Notes under the pieces: generated by a model
What the model was told of the DNA's origin: nothing
Seen by the model: only the letters and a program-made list of their open reading frames with translations
Databases searched by the model: none
Part shown: one piece after another, positions 1-11,117 of the stretch
Numbering within the stretch: position 1 is the stretch's first letter
How the letters are laid out: the number at the start of each line of letters is the position of its first letter
Made by a program: the position numbers and the translations under genes
Source: Mytilus californianus
Taxonomy: Eukaryota
Direction of reading: 5' to 3'
NCBI RefSeq assembly: GCF_021869535.1
Contig: NW_026262679.1
Location: 99,944,001-100,008,000 of the forward strand
Length of the DNA stretch: 64,000 nucleotides

Positions 1-195
1 TGTTATTTTTGTAAACGGTCTGAAAAATGTCCAACCGTATGCAAAATAAGTATATTTCGGGTTTGCGCATTTATACCGTGAAATTGAAAAAGCTGAGAGA
101 AAAAATATTTATTATATTTGAAAGTTTTTTTACTTTTCTCCTGGTTCATGATATTTTTTGCCGGAAACCATGCGTATAGTTTCTATTGCAATGAC

Positions 196-424
196 TTCAA
201 AAAGTATAGCCATCTTGTCCCAACGAAAAAAACGCTGTATTTTCTTTAAAATTGAGGTTTTAACCAGCTGTCTATCAGATAAGCATAGTTAGATCATAAA
301 AAATAAAACTTGGCGGTAAAGGTTTTTCTGTTTTTCTTCTTAAACAATATAGTGTTTAATATTTTTTCGTTAGGCAACAAGGTTTTTAGATCGTTTCAAA
401 AAGTATAGCCGTTTTGTCCCAACG
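196..424. repeat. Pair of 30-bp direct repeats (196-225, 395-424), probably inside a DNA-transposon relic that runs off the window start
   Basis: TTCAAAAAGTATAGCCATCTTGTCCCAACG vs TTCAAAAAGTATAGCCGTTTTGTCCCAACG, 28/30 identical. Confidence 0.6.
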
Positions 425-1285
425 TTCGCAAAACGTAATTGATGTCATGCTCTGGTTTTTAATTTTATATCGTAATTATTTGTTTCCAGTTTAATTCGAG
501 TGAAAATAAAAATACACGTATAAATTAAAATACAACCAATGTAAGTTTTAATTCAAATGTTGACCAAATGAGATCGATATAAAAAAAATATCGGGATCTT
601 AGGTTTTTTTTTTTATAGCATATTTGTTTTATATAAGGAACATTGTCTATCTGCAAGTTTTAAATCGTCAAAAGTAACATGTGTATTTTTTTTGCTAATA
701 AAATAAAATAGAGAAAACCCATTGCTGGCAATTATAACAAACAAAGGATATGCCACAAAAATACGGGAATGAGAAAATTTAAAACATGAGTCCCGAATGT
801 TTAACTTCCTAAATATTTTGCGACAAAGAAAGCATCGGGAAATGATAAAATATAGAAAGGAAACGAAAACGGTAAGAAATGCAATAAAAGGAATAAATAT
901 GCAAAAAATAGGAGAAAATGAATTCAAAATCTAATTTATATTAAAAATAGATCTGTGTAAATTTGGACATTATTGTATCGGATTCATTAATGCGAACTGC
1001 TGCCGAAAGGAAAATTATCAATTATGGCCTGGAAAGACTGACAACTCCTGTAAATGAATTTCATTAAAAAAATATCTATACGGCCACTTTGAGTTTTATT
1101 TGTAAATTTATGCATTATTTCAGACAAACCGAAATCGGTTACCAAATTCACAACAGTAAATTGACATCATCAATAATATGCTTGAACGCCTGAAACTTTC
1201 TTTGAAATCGTCGAAATCGCCTTATTTTGAGGAACGTCGTGAAACGCTAAGTAGTACCAACATCGTGCGCAACGTCATTACTGTC

Positions 1286-1570
1286 AGAAATAACAAACTC
1301 TGTTTCTACTATTTCATTGTTACTATCTGTTTTGTCAGTCCAAACCACATTTTTGTTCCCTTTACCGTCTGTTATATAAATAACTTCTGCAATGACTGTA
1401 ATCCATGCATGAATTCTACTGTTAGATGTGATGAAACAGGCACAGTTTGCATTGGGTTTGTATAATATTAAATCAATTTCTTCAAATGGAATTACTTTTC
1501 CTGAACAAGTTTTCTGTTTTGATTTAAAAGTGTCATTGATTGGGTAATTATTCTTCATTTTTTTCTAAAC
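1286..1570 (-). CDS. Possible internal exon of an unidentified host gene
   Basis: Open frame with ordinary composition (NYPINDTFKSKQKTCSGKVIPFEEIDLILYKPNANCACF...TEFVISD), AG upstream and GTAATG downstream on the minus strand. No domain recognised. Confidence 0.2.
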
Positions 1571-2877
1571 CTATATCAACAACATCATTATCTGGTATAC
1601 TCATATTTACGATTTATTTGGGTGATTGGCTGTATCATATAGGTAAGAACGATTAAATGTAAATTAAACAATATGCCGTAATCAATTTCACCTCCCCCTG
1701 AACATGATGATTGTTGTTCAAAGTTTCATTGTCTATGGGTTGAAAATATTCAGTAAATATGCTTAAATAACGTTGTTTTGTGGTAAGAAATCTTACCGCT
1801 TTTCACTTCTTCAAACCGGAAGTATGAGTTACGAGTTTCTATTTTTAGACTAAAATGTTCCCATTTCAGCAATGTCATTCAGACTCTCTCTGGACTTTAC
1901 TTATGACATGAGATAAGATCAGATAACTCCGAGAAACATATATTTTTAGCAATAGACCTTCCCATAAAATTTGACCAATCGGGAACCGAGATATATAAAG
2001 AGAGTGAAAAGATACCTTTTACTGCTTGTGTTATATTTCCAATCGAGTGTTGGTAGACGAAATGATTACTAATATATTACGGTTAAGGTATATAGGAAAT
2101 TTTTTTCTGAGACAAGTGCCTGTGGTTAGACGCTATTACATATCAACTTATTGTTCCCTTGAAATCAAGTTATGAACGATATTAAAAACTCCTTCAGATG
2201 GTCACTAAGTTAAATTTATAGCATTTGAAGAAAAACTACAAAAATATAAAAACAAATTTACATCTTCTCATTAAGTTTTGTAAAACCATTAATAAATAAA
2301 ATTACAATAGACAAAATGTCTTTTACAAAAATGCTTATGTACGTCAAATGTCTTCAGTTTTGGTAAGGTAGAACTCATTTTATATTTTACCCATATCCTT
2401 TTGTAAACTAATATTTTTCTTTAGTCTGTAAATGTTATCTCAGAATTATACTTGTTAATACTTTTATACCGTTTGCATTAAGAATAAATCGGATGATTTT
2501 CAGTTTGATTTTGCCTTTATGTGTGTTATTGTTTTCATTGCATATTTTAATGGTTGTTTTCGTAGTCTATTCCACTTCCCGGGAAGATATATATCGTTCA
2601 GTTTTCAGTTATGAAGATTTATTTGAATTGTTAGCATGAGGAATCGAATTGGCGATCGTAAAGTCGATCCTGGAGATATGGTTGTGGTCAATGTCATAGG
2701 GGATAATTTAGTCAACATCATTGTTATTATGTTACTTTGCATAGAACTAATGCGTGCTTTTAGATATAGCAAATGAATAAGGTCTTTTGAGTTTTTGATT
2801 TCAGGAATTAAATAAATTAACTTGCCATGATTGAATGATTTTGTATTTTGTATATATATATATATATATATATGTGC

Positions 2878-3689
2878 TTTCCAAAAGACCAAAAAAGTGA
2901 AAAGGTATATTTTAACAAAACGCATTTGACTTAACAGGTCGAACAACAAATGTTCTTAAGCCCTGCTGACTGCCGTTGGCGATTGCCAAATAAACGGATC
3001 ACCGATGTAATAAATGGATCTTAATTTTAAATTTAATACTAAACAGAAAACAATAAACTTGCGGAAAAGATAATATTCCGCAAACAAAAGGTGCAAAGGT
3101 TTTTTTTACACCATATCCGGATTCGACAAATAATGTCTCTTCAGTGATGTTAGGAATCGAAACGGTATTTGGAAAGCCCAACAATTTACCTCAACTTAGG
3201 ATAGACTCTTAAATTTTGAGGAGTCAAAATAGGATGAACGGATCATATAAACCCTAAGGCAAATATAATACAAGCCCAAACGAAAAAATATAAACAAGTC
3301 TAAATTGAAAACAACGTTCAAACCTATGATTGCGTTGGATAAAAACCGCTATTTTTATACTTGTGCATGCAAAACAAAATTCTTGTTAGAGGGGTCTAAA
3401 TACAGCACAAACAACATTTTCCAAAAGACCAAAAAAGTGAAAAGGTATATTTTAACAAAACGCATTTGACTAACAGGTCGAACAACAAATGTTCTTGTTG
3501 TTCGACCTGTTAGTCAAATGCGTTTTGTTAAAATATACCTTTTCACTTTTTTGGTCTTTTGGAAAATGTTGTTTGTGCTGTATTTAGACCCCTCTAACAA
3601 GAATTTTGTTTTGCATGCACAAGTATAAAAATAGCGGTTTTTATCCAACGCAATCATAGGTTTGAACGTTGTTTTCAATTTAGACTTGT
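2878..3689 (-). mobile_element. Penelope-like element terminal (pseudo-LTR) fragment in partial-tandem plus inverted arrangement, inserted in (TA)n
   Basis: Direct repeat 2878-2957 ~ 3418-3496; perfect inverted repeat 3294-3488 / 3495-3689; (TA)n on both sides (2851-2872, 3689-3699); hammerhead motif inside. Confidence 0.7.
3108..3150 (-). ncRNA. Minimal type-I hammerhead ribozyme, one core A missing
   Basis: ACAUCA-CUGAAGA-GAC(auuauuu)GUC-GAA-U-CCGG-AUA-UGGUGU: 6-bp stem I, 3-bp stem II, palindromic CCGG loop; GAA instead of GAAA. Confidence 0.65.
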
Positions 3690-4480
3690 ATATATATATG
3701 TCTATATAAGTGAACTAATAAAAATGTTAAAAGATTTATGAATTTAAATATAATCCTTTTGTTTGTCTACAAACAAAACAATCTAAAAAAATTCTGAATA
3801 CTTCCGAGTGCTAAATAATTTTGAAAAAAAGTACTACGAGCGGACAGACTGTCAAACTTTTTACATATGTTTATACATTTTCCTGAGCGTTCTTAAAAAA
3901 TAGAAAAGAATATCACAGGTTGTTCATTTTGGAATGATATAGACTAAATGGTGTGGGTTTCCAGGGAGAGAATGTACAACAACAAACACGCATACATCGC
4001 ACTTTTGCATAACCTTGATACAATGCAACACAAATATTTGGACTGGATGGAATCTGTGATGGTCAAAATATTGTCTTGTTGGTCATTTTTTTTCCAAACA
4101 GAGTTTTTGTCTAACAATGTATATTCATGAAGATTATAGACAAAAAAGAAAAAGGAAGAGATAAATTTGAGATTAATGGGCAACAACAATTTGTTATTTA
4201 GAGGCAACAACACCTGCATAAAGTGGATTGACGATTCCAATCTTTTTTACAATGACCGAGGTGAGCCGATAAAAAATACTATTGTTCAATTTAATTCTGG
4301 TAACAATGTATGAGTACTTTACATAAATCTTGTACATGTACATGTACGTTTAACTACTGCTGTTCCTTTATTTATGCAAATAAAGATATAGATCAGATAC
4401 CAAAGTATGTATTTGAAAATCACAAGTCCAATTAAATACAGACAACACCAGTGCCAAAAATAAGTACATAAAATTGACAA

Positions 4481-4970
4481 ACTACAATAACAAAAAATTA
4501 TATAGAAACCAAAGATTGAACAACACGAACCCAACCAAAAACCGGGGCCGAACTGAATTTCACCCGAATGGTATGCAGTTCCTGCTCCAGATGTGACACC
4601 CGTCTTGTTGCTCACGCAAGAACAAATCCGGCGATGAGTCGCATTAAGTAATTTAACAATTGAGAAAAAGATGACAGGATGTGGTCCGACAAGTGGAACA
4701 TATCCGTGGTCATCTGTAACATAGATTTTCAATAACGGTTCATCAAATTATGATTGCACCGATAAAACTTTAGATGGGACGGCTGCGAACCCTTAGTTCA
4801 ATAGCTTCCTTCTAAGCATCAGCCCTCTTCCTGTAAGGAAAATATTTCTGATAGGAAACATTAGCTGTGGAACATTGTTTCAACTGGGATATATACTCAA
4901 TATGTAGGCGCTGATGGAATGGTCCTATACAGAAATGGAAAATTTACAAAGGGAAAATGAAAATCATCCT
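4481..4970 (-). mobile_element. Degenerate 3' end of a Penelope-like RT element (second family) with its tail
   Basis: Minus strand reads DDFHFPFVNFPFLYRTIPSAPTY (compare DDFxFPIVNxPFL...IPxAPAYG in other copies); tail resembles 51290-51620. Confidence 0.65.
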
Positions 4971-5019
4971 GAAATCACTAAGTATTAGTAATGAAGATGA
5001 CATTTTTACATAGATATAT

Positions 5020-5350
5020 AAGAAGATGTGGTATGAGTGCCAATGAGACAACTCTCCATCCAAGTCACAATTTGTAAAAGTAAACCATTATAGGTCAAAG
5101 TACGGCCTTCAACACGGAGCCTTGGCTCACACCAAACAGCAAGCTATAAAGGGCACCAAAAATTACTAGTGTAAAACCATTCAAACAGGAAAGCCAACGG
5201 TGTAATCTATATAAAAACGAGAAACACTTATGAACCAAATCAACAAACGACAACCACTGAACAACAAGGTCCTGACTTAGGACAGGTGTAAACAAATGCA
5301 GCGGGTTTAAACGTTTTAACAGGCGCCAACCTTCACCTTAACCTGAAACA
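5020..5350 (-). repeat. Short interspersed retroelement tail fragment
   Basis: Contains CCTGACTTAGGACAGG (reverse of the TGTCCCAAGTCAGG motif in the tails at 11370 and 62587) and ends GTTGTCTCATTGGCACTCATACCACATCTT on the minus strand; homologous to 36270-36565. Confidence 0.7.
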
Positions 5351-6039
5351 TGTACATTTAACTATAAAGGTTTTTACTTATTGGAGTTTTGAATGTCTGT
5401 TACCACACATTACATATTATTCGTCTGAACTTTAGGCCAACAGTGTTAGAAATTGTAGTTACCTGCGTTAAAGCAGACATACAAGCCAGATTTATTTTAA
5501 GATATTTATAATCAGCCTTTGTTATGAAATCGTTGAATTGTTTATTGGCTACATTTCCTACCGTGAGTTTTTTATGAGCGACTTTGTACATCTCCACAAG
5601 AACTCTTATACGTATGATTTTTTTCATGCAGATCCTACGCATTGCAACGTATTAAGTCCGATATTTTCGCCTACGTAGATAGACTTTTACTTGTCTATAA
5701 AAATCTAAAAATATCATAGCAAGACCCGGACAAGAAATTTCACTTTCATCGCGGCAGATTGAAATTCCCTACAAGAGCTGGATAAACTGTTATAGATTTT
5801 CCAGTGAAATTAAAGGAGAAGGATGTAACTTTAATGAAATAAAAATAAAAATAATAAAAATTATTTAACACGTATTGTTCAGAGAACAATTAAAAGTCCT
5901 ACCACCCAAATTCACTTAAGATAAGAAAATTTTGATAAAAAATAATATGTCTGGTTTAAGAAGATAACTTATCTCACATTGATTCTCAAAATTCAATGTT
6001 TAATGTGCTTTTCATATATTAAGGGAGATAATATTTCAT

Positions 6040-6800
6040 ATATAAGGGAGATAAGCCACTTCCGGTTAATCAAATTCATATCCGGTGTCAAAAAAAGTTT
6101 ATATTAGAAAAATATATGGTTACTTCACACAGGTTAAAAAAATATACGGTTTTAGGTATTTTCAAATGAAATCAGTGCAACAAATTGCTACTTCCGGTTT
6201 ATATAAGGCCATTTTGGCGGACCTTTTGAAGGTCATATGTCTAACAACATTATGCAAAAGACTCTATGGCTTTATCATGTATAAATATGAATTAAAAGCA
6301 AAGGTCAAAATGATCTAGAACGTCAAATTTACCTTTTACCTCGACCTCAATTTCAAGGTCTTTAAGCAAGGACCTCAAATCAAAAGACTTAAGATCTCCA
6401 CTATATATGGTAAATAAGTTAGATATATCACCATACAGCTAATTTTAAATATGACTGGAAAGAAAACTCCATTAAATGTCAACGTACCCTTTCAACCAAA
6501 ATTTAAAATGTTATCACATGTTGCAACTATCAATTTAGTCAAAAATGTTGTGTTGATATCGAACGGTTTTGGATGAGAAGCGTAAATAAGCCAAAATTGA
6601 GAACATGGACTTGACCTCAATTACTTGGTGGACTAAGGACCTGGAATCAAACGACTGTAGGTCTCTATCACTTTAATATGGTTTGCCCGTTACAAATACA
6701 TTTCACTTACATCAAATACACAAGGAGAAATAACTCTCATATGGAATCTCCGGATCGCTGCGGTCAAACTATTTTAGAATATGCTGATAAAACGAGCAAT
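6040..6800. repeat. Diverged copy of an interspersed repeat also present at 11636-12540
   Basis: Shared blocks GCTACTTCCGGTTTATA, AAAAGACTCTATG(G/A)CTTTATCAT, GACCTCAATTTCAAGGT, AAATAACTCTCATATGGA in the same order. Confidence 0.6.
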
Positions 6801-7200
6801 TTGGAAAATAAATATTGCAGGTTTCTTTTACAGTTGCGAAGGAGAAGCCTGAAAATGTGAGTTTTTTTTTTTGGGGGGGGGGGGGGGAGGAGGGGGGATA
6901 ACTATTACATTGAGAAGTATTCGGTTAAACAGGATTACTTTCAAAAGCGCAATAACTATTTGATATCATATACCAAATATCTAAGCAACAATCTGCGAAA
7001 CCAAAATTTAACGCAAGAAATTAAAGTGACTGAAATAAAGTAAGAATAATTTAAAACCGTTTTTTTCCACCCCAAATGCACATATTTTGATAGGAATGTA
7101 TCAAATTTTGGTTTAATGTCATTTCATGTGTCAGATAATAGTTTACTTCCCGCCGATTCCAAAAATATATGGTTTCTTATATACACGTCTCAATCTTCAA

Positions 7201-7717
7201 AATCGCTTATCTAAAAATACTACCATCGCTAAAATTTTTCGTGGTTACCCTTCTATCGATAAGTGTCATGCCAAAAAATGACTTACATGTCCCCGTCTTT
7301 CCACCAACAATACGGTTAGGTATACTATTAATTGTCGCACATTTTCTTTAAATTTTGAAACTGATATAACTTGAAAAACAAACAGTATTATTTATTTACT
7401 CACATTAAACAAACCGGGATGCGGTATTCAGTACGTAGGTGAAACTGGACGATATTTATCTAAACGCATTCATTAACACCTGTATTTTTTTAAAAGACCC
7501 AATAAATTCAAAAGTATCATTTATCAATATCTTAAAAAACACAATCATCCTATTAAATATTTAACAGTTCAACCTTTAGAAGTAGTAAATAAGCAGCCTG
7601 GTGAATCTCATTCAAAGTTTGTACGATCACGGAAAATAATTGAATTAAATTGGATTAAAAAATTACAGACAGTCTACCCTCTCGGTCTTAATGATAATAT
7701 CATGGGAATTGGTAATA
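7201..7717 (+). pseudogene. N-terminal Zn-binding region and GIY-YIG endonuclease of Naiad copy 1 (not in the ORF track because of internal stops)
   Basis: Single frame: ...KCHAKK*LTCPRL...DIT*KTNSIIYLLTLNKPGCGIQYVGETGRYLSKRIH*HLYFF...ELNWIKKLQTVYPLGLNDNIMGIGN; TGA at 7279 and 7372, TAA at 7474. Confidence 0.85.
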
Positions 7718-8659
7718 GAATCATGTGCAAAACAGTGTAGCCGAGACCATTGATTGGCGCGCTAAAATATCCCATTGACTGGGTCAGATTAGGTGAACGT
7801 TCGTCTGTAACGCCCACAACTCACGACGTATTTATTATAAACATTTAAACTGTGGGGTTGCCAAAGGGTCTCAGTATATATACGAACTACAGTGCACAGT
7901 ATATTATATACATATTTTATTTGCGATCATAAAATGTACGAAGTCGTCCATTACTATGTAAATTGGGTCGATTAAAAAAAAAGCTGAATATGTTTCTGTT
8001 GCCAAGGATTTTTCACAAGTATAGTAGTTAGCAGAAAAGTTCCCCAAACTATACATTTTACCTATTCAAAAACGTAAATGCAAATTTCACAAGGCTTGAT
8101 CCAAATAGTCTTTTTACTGTCTAATAACTTGCAAGTACGAAAAAGACAAGAAAGAAGTATATTTTGTCTATATGTTTTGTGTTTGCACACTTTTTAAAGT
8201 TGATCATGCATTCGCTCTAAAATAAAATTTTGACCAGATAAAAGTTAAAGGATGACATAATTGGACAACCGCAATTGTTAAATCGCTTTGACGTCCGAAA
8301 AAAAAGATAATAATCAACACATGCATTGTAACTTTTAAAGCCAGTTAAATCCTTTTTTTTTTTGCTGAAAGAACGTGCGATATCATTAAAATTGATTATC
8401 AAAACATAACGAAAACACAAGTAAAGAACGTTTAAGTATTCAATATAAATCAAAACACAAAGGTTATTCCTGATTAGTTTTTCGAATTATTTTATTTAGG
8501 CGTTGAGACCCTTTGGTGACCCCACAGTTTAAATGTCTATAATAAATACGTCGTGAGTTGTGGGCGTTACAGACGAACGTTCACCTAATCTGACCCAGTC
8601 AATGGGATATTTTAGCGCGCCAATCAATGGTCTCGGTTACACTGTTTTGCACATGATTC
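7718..8659. mobile_element. 942-bp MITE with 156-bp TIRs and TA target-site duplication (Tc1/mariner-like)
   Basis: 7718-7873 is nearly the reverse complement of 8504-8659; TA at 7716-7717 and 8660-8661; removing it restores the frame GIGN-IPRTDS...RSHGHRKK. Confidence 0.9.
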
Positions 8660-8661
8660 TA

Positions 8662-10990
8662 TACCAAGAACCGATTCTGTTATTATTTTGGATATAGTTT
8701 CTAAAACTGTTCGTAAAAACCGTTCTCATGGGCATAGAAAAAAATCGCAATCAAAGAAAATTTCGGACCAACCATACAAATATTTCGGACCTAATTTCTA
8801 TTTCAAAAAACAACGGCAGACATTATCTATTAACCAAGCTCTGTTCTTTACTTATAAATAAATTAAGAGGATTGCAACACAATTTCATATTGCAGTCCTA
8901 AGTATGAAATCGTTCAAATTATAATGACATATTGTTATTCTAAACTGTTTCCCAAAATTGATCGCCCTGAAGATCATAAAAAACATTTTATTAAAAAAAA
9001 GTATGTCAATAAAGGTTTTAATATTGCCGGTATTTTTAACGACCATTCTGTTAAAGAACAAATTCCTGGATATTTTGATAATACTGAACTCCCTCTTATT
9101 TGTTATATTTACAAGAAATCTACCCGAAAATTTGTGTTTAATTATAGCCAAGTCTGTAAAGATGTAAATATCAGTGAAAATACACCTCCGTCATGTAATT
9201 GTAGTAATTCCGAATACACTTATGGCCCCATTTCCCATGTTATAACAGGAGACCTTAACATCGTTCGCGACCGAGAGTTAAAATCATTCCTCAGTAAAGG
9301 ACCTAAATATCGTCCCCCGTCAATTATTAATTGGAATGAGTGTCGTAATATCATCCACGACTCACTTCGTGCTTACTGTTTGAAATGGATAAAATGGGAA
9401 AAAGCTGACAAAAAATCTTTGGATTCTTTTTTTAATTCAGTAATTAAGATAGTTGATATACGTATACAACATTTTAAAGAACATTTTACTCTTAACAACA
9501 ACCATAAAAATCCTATTTCTCGTATCAAACATAAACTAAAAGAACTAGCCAAGGAATTCGTTTTTGTCCCGGCTGATAAAGCTGCTAATAATATCATTAT
9601 AGTTTGACGTAAATTTTACATTGAGGTTCTGCAAAAGGAAATCACGAATTCACCAACATTCCAACTGACTTCATTTTCAGAAAACGACAAACAAACATAA
9701 ACTATTAGCTACTTCTTTACAAGCAGAACCAAATACAATGAAAGTCCCAACTATGTACTGGCTTCCGAAGCTACACAAATCACCTTACAAATATAGATTT
9801 ATTTCGTTTTCAAGTCATTGTTCCACTACTTAATTGTCTATTCTACTTACAAGTACACTTGGTACAATCAAAAACCTGATAATAAACTGTTCAAATAAGG
9901 CCTTTGAAAATAGTGGAATTAACTACTTTTGGAGTGTCAAAAACTCGTTGGAAGTACTTGATAAATTGCATGCATATATTGGTGATTTTGAATCTGTTCA
10001 AAGTTTTGATTTTTCTACCCTATATACCACTTTGCCTCATATTCTTATTAAGAAAAATCCACACATCTAATTAAATGGTCATTTAAAAAGTCGGAATGCG
10101 AATACATATGTTCAAACTCTTTTAGGTCATTTTTAGTAGCAACAAACAAAAGACCTATGTCAATTGGACATGCTTTGATACTATATCTGCCCTTGAAATT
10201 TTACTTGATAACATTTTTGTTCGCTTTGGAGATTCCGTATATCGTCAAGTTATCGGAATTCCAATGGGGACTAACTGTGCATCACTTTTTGCGGACCTGT
10301 TTTTGTATTGTTATGAGTTACAATTTATGCCTAAAATCAGCAAAGACCCATCGAAACAACATCTGATACAAAAATTTAACAATACTTTTAGATATTTGGA
10401 TGATATATTGGCTCTCAATAATGACGACTTCAGTGTGTATACTAAAGAAATTTATCCTGTTGAAATTACTTTAAATAAAGCTAATACTAACAATGACCAC
10501 TGTCCTTTCCTCGATCTTGATATCTATATCATTAAAGGGAAGCTTAATACAAAAATTTATGATAAAAGAGATGTCACCATCTTATGGTGTTTATATATAT
10601 CAACTTGTACGATTCGCTCGTGTATGTAACAACGTATTAGATTTTAGCGAGAGAAATTTATGTATTACTGAAAAATTATTACACCAGGGTTTTCGATATC
10701 ACAAACTGGTCAAAACATTTACTAAATTTTATCATCGGTATAAGGACATCATTCGTAAATATAACGCAACATGCAGACATCTTATACGTTCGGGTATTTC
10801 ACATCCAATCTTTTATGGTAATATTCTTTACAAAGCACAAAAATGTCAGTATTCACCTCAAAAGCTAACAAAACCTTTAAACAGACTTATTCGGAAAGGA
10901 TATAGTTACGATACTGTTGTCAGGTCATTAAAGATTGCATATTTTGGCTTTAATATTGATTCACTTATAGGGTCTTTGCATCGGAATTAA
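8662..10990 (+). pseudogene. Linker, CxC and reverse transcriptase of Naiad copy 1
   Basis: ORF pieces 8924-9607, 9738-10070, 10264-10575, 10575-10990 join into one RT; in-frame TGA at 9605, TAA at 9831, frameshifts, and a ~50-bp deletion near 10572 relative to copy 2. Confidence 0.9.
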
Positions 10991-11030
10991 ACATATTTAT
11001 TCTAAAACCAGTTGTTGGCATGACACGGGT

Positions 11031-11117
11031 TATGTTCTTCTCATATATTTTATGATGGTATAATACTAAACCCATAACATGAGGGATTGTGCCTGATATT
11101 CATATGATGAAGACATA
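11031..11117 (+). promoter_or_regulatory. Eukaryotic SECIS element (form 2) in the 3' UTR of Naiad copy 1
   Basis: AUGAU-GGUAUAAU-ACU-AAA-CCC-(9 nt)-GGG-AUUGUGCC-UGAU; 8/8 pairs in helix II; AUGA-N12-AA-N25-GA spacing; long helix I (UAUGUUCUUCUCAUAU / AUAUGAUGAAGACAUA). Confidence 0.85.

Noticed and set aside
1780-1830. ETS-like CCGGAAGT (similar motifs near 18780; YY1-like AAAATGGCG near 33838) as promoters
   Set aside because: Short motifs are expected by chance or inside repeats; no linked gene identified.
5400-5642. Possible exon ending CAG|GTAACT
   Set aside because: No convincing in-frame acceptor and no motif.
6863-6897. Abrupt poly-T then poly-G run as a G-quadruplex
   Set aside because: Simple homopolymer, prone to sequencing error; nothing else supports function.
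7474-7476. TAA in the EN (and TAA at 9831, TAG at 40494) as recoded stops
   Set aside because: Not UGA, not at Cys positions, and the 9831 site is a sense codon in copy 2; ordinary nonsense mutations.
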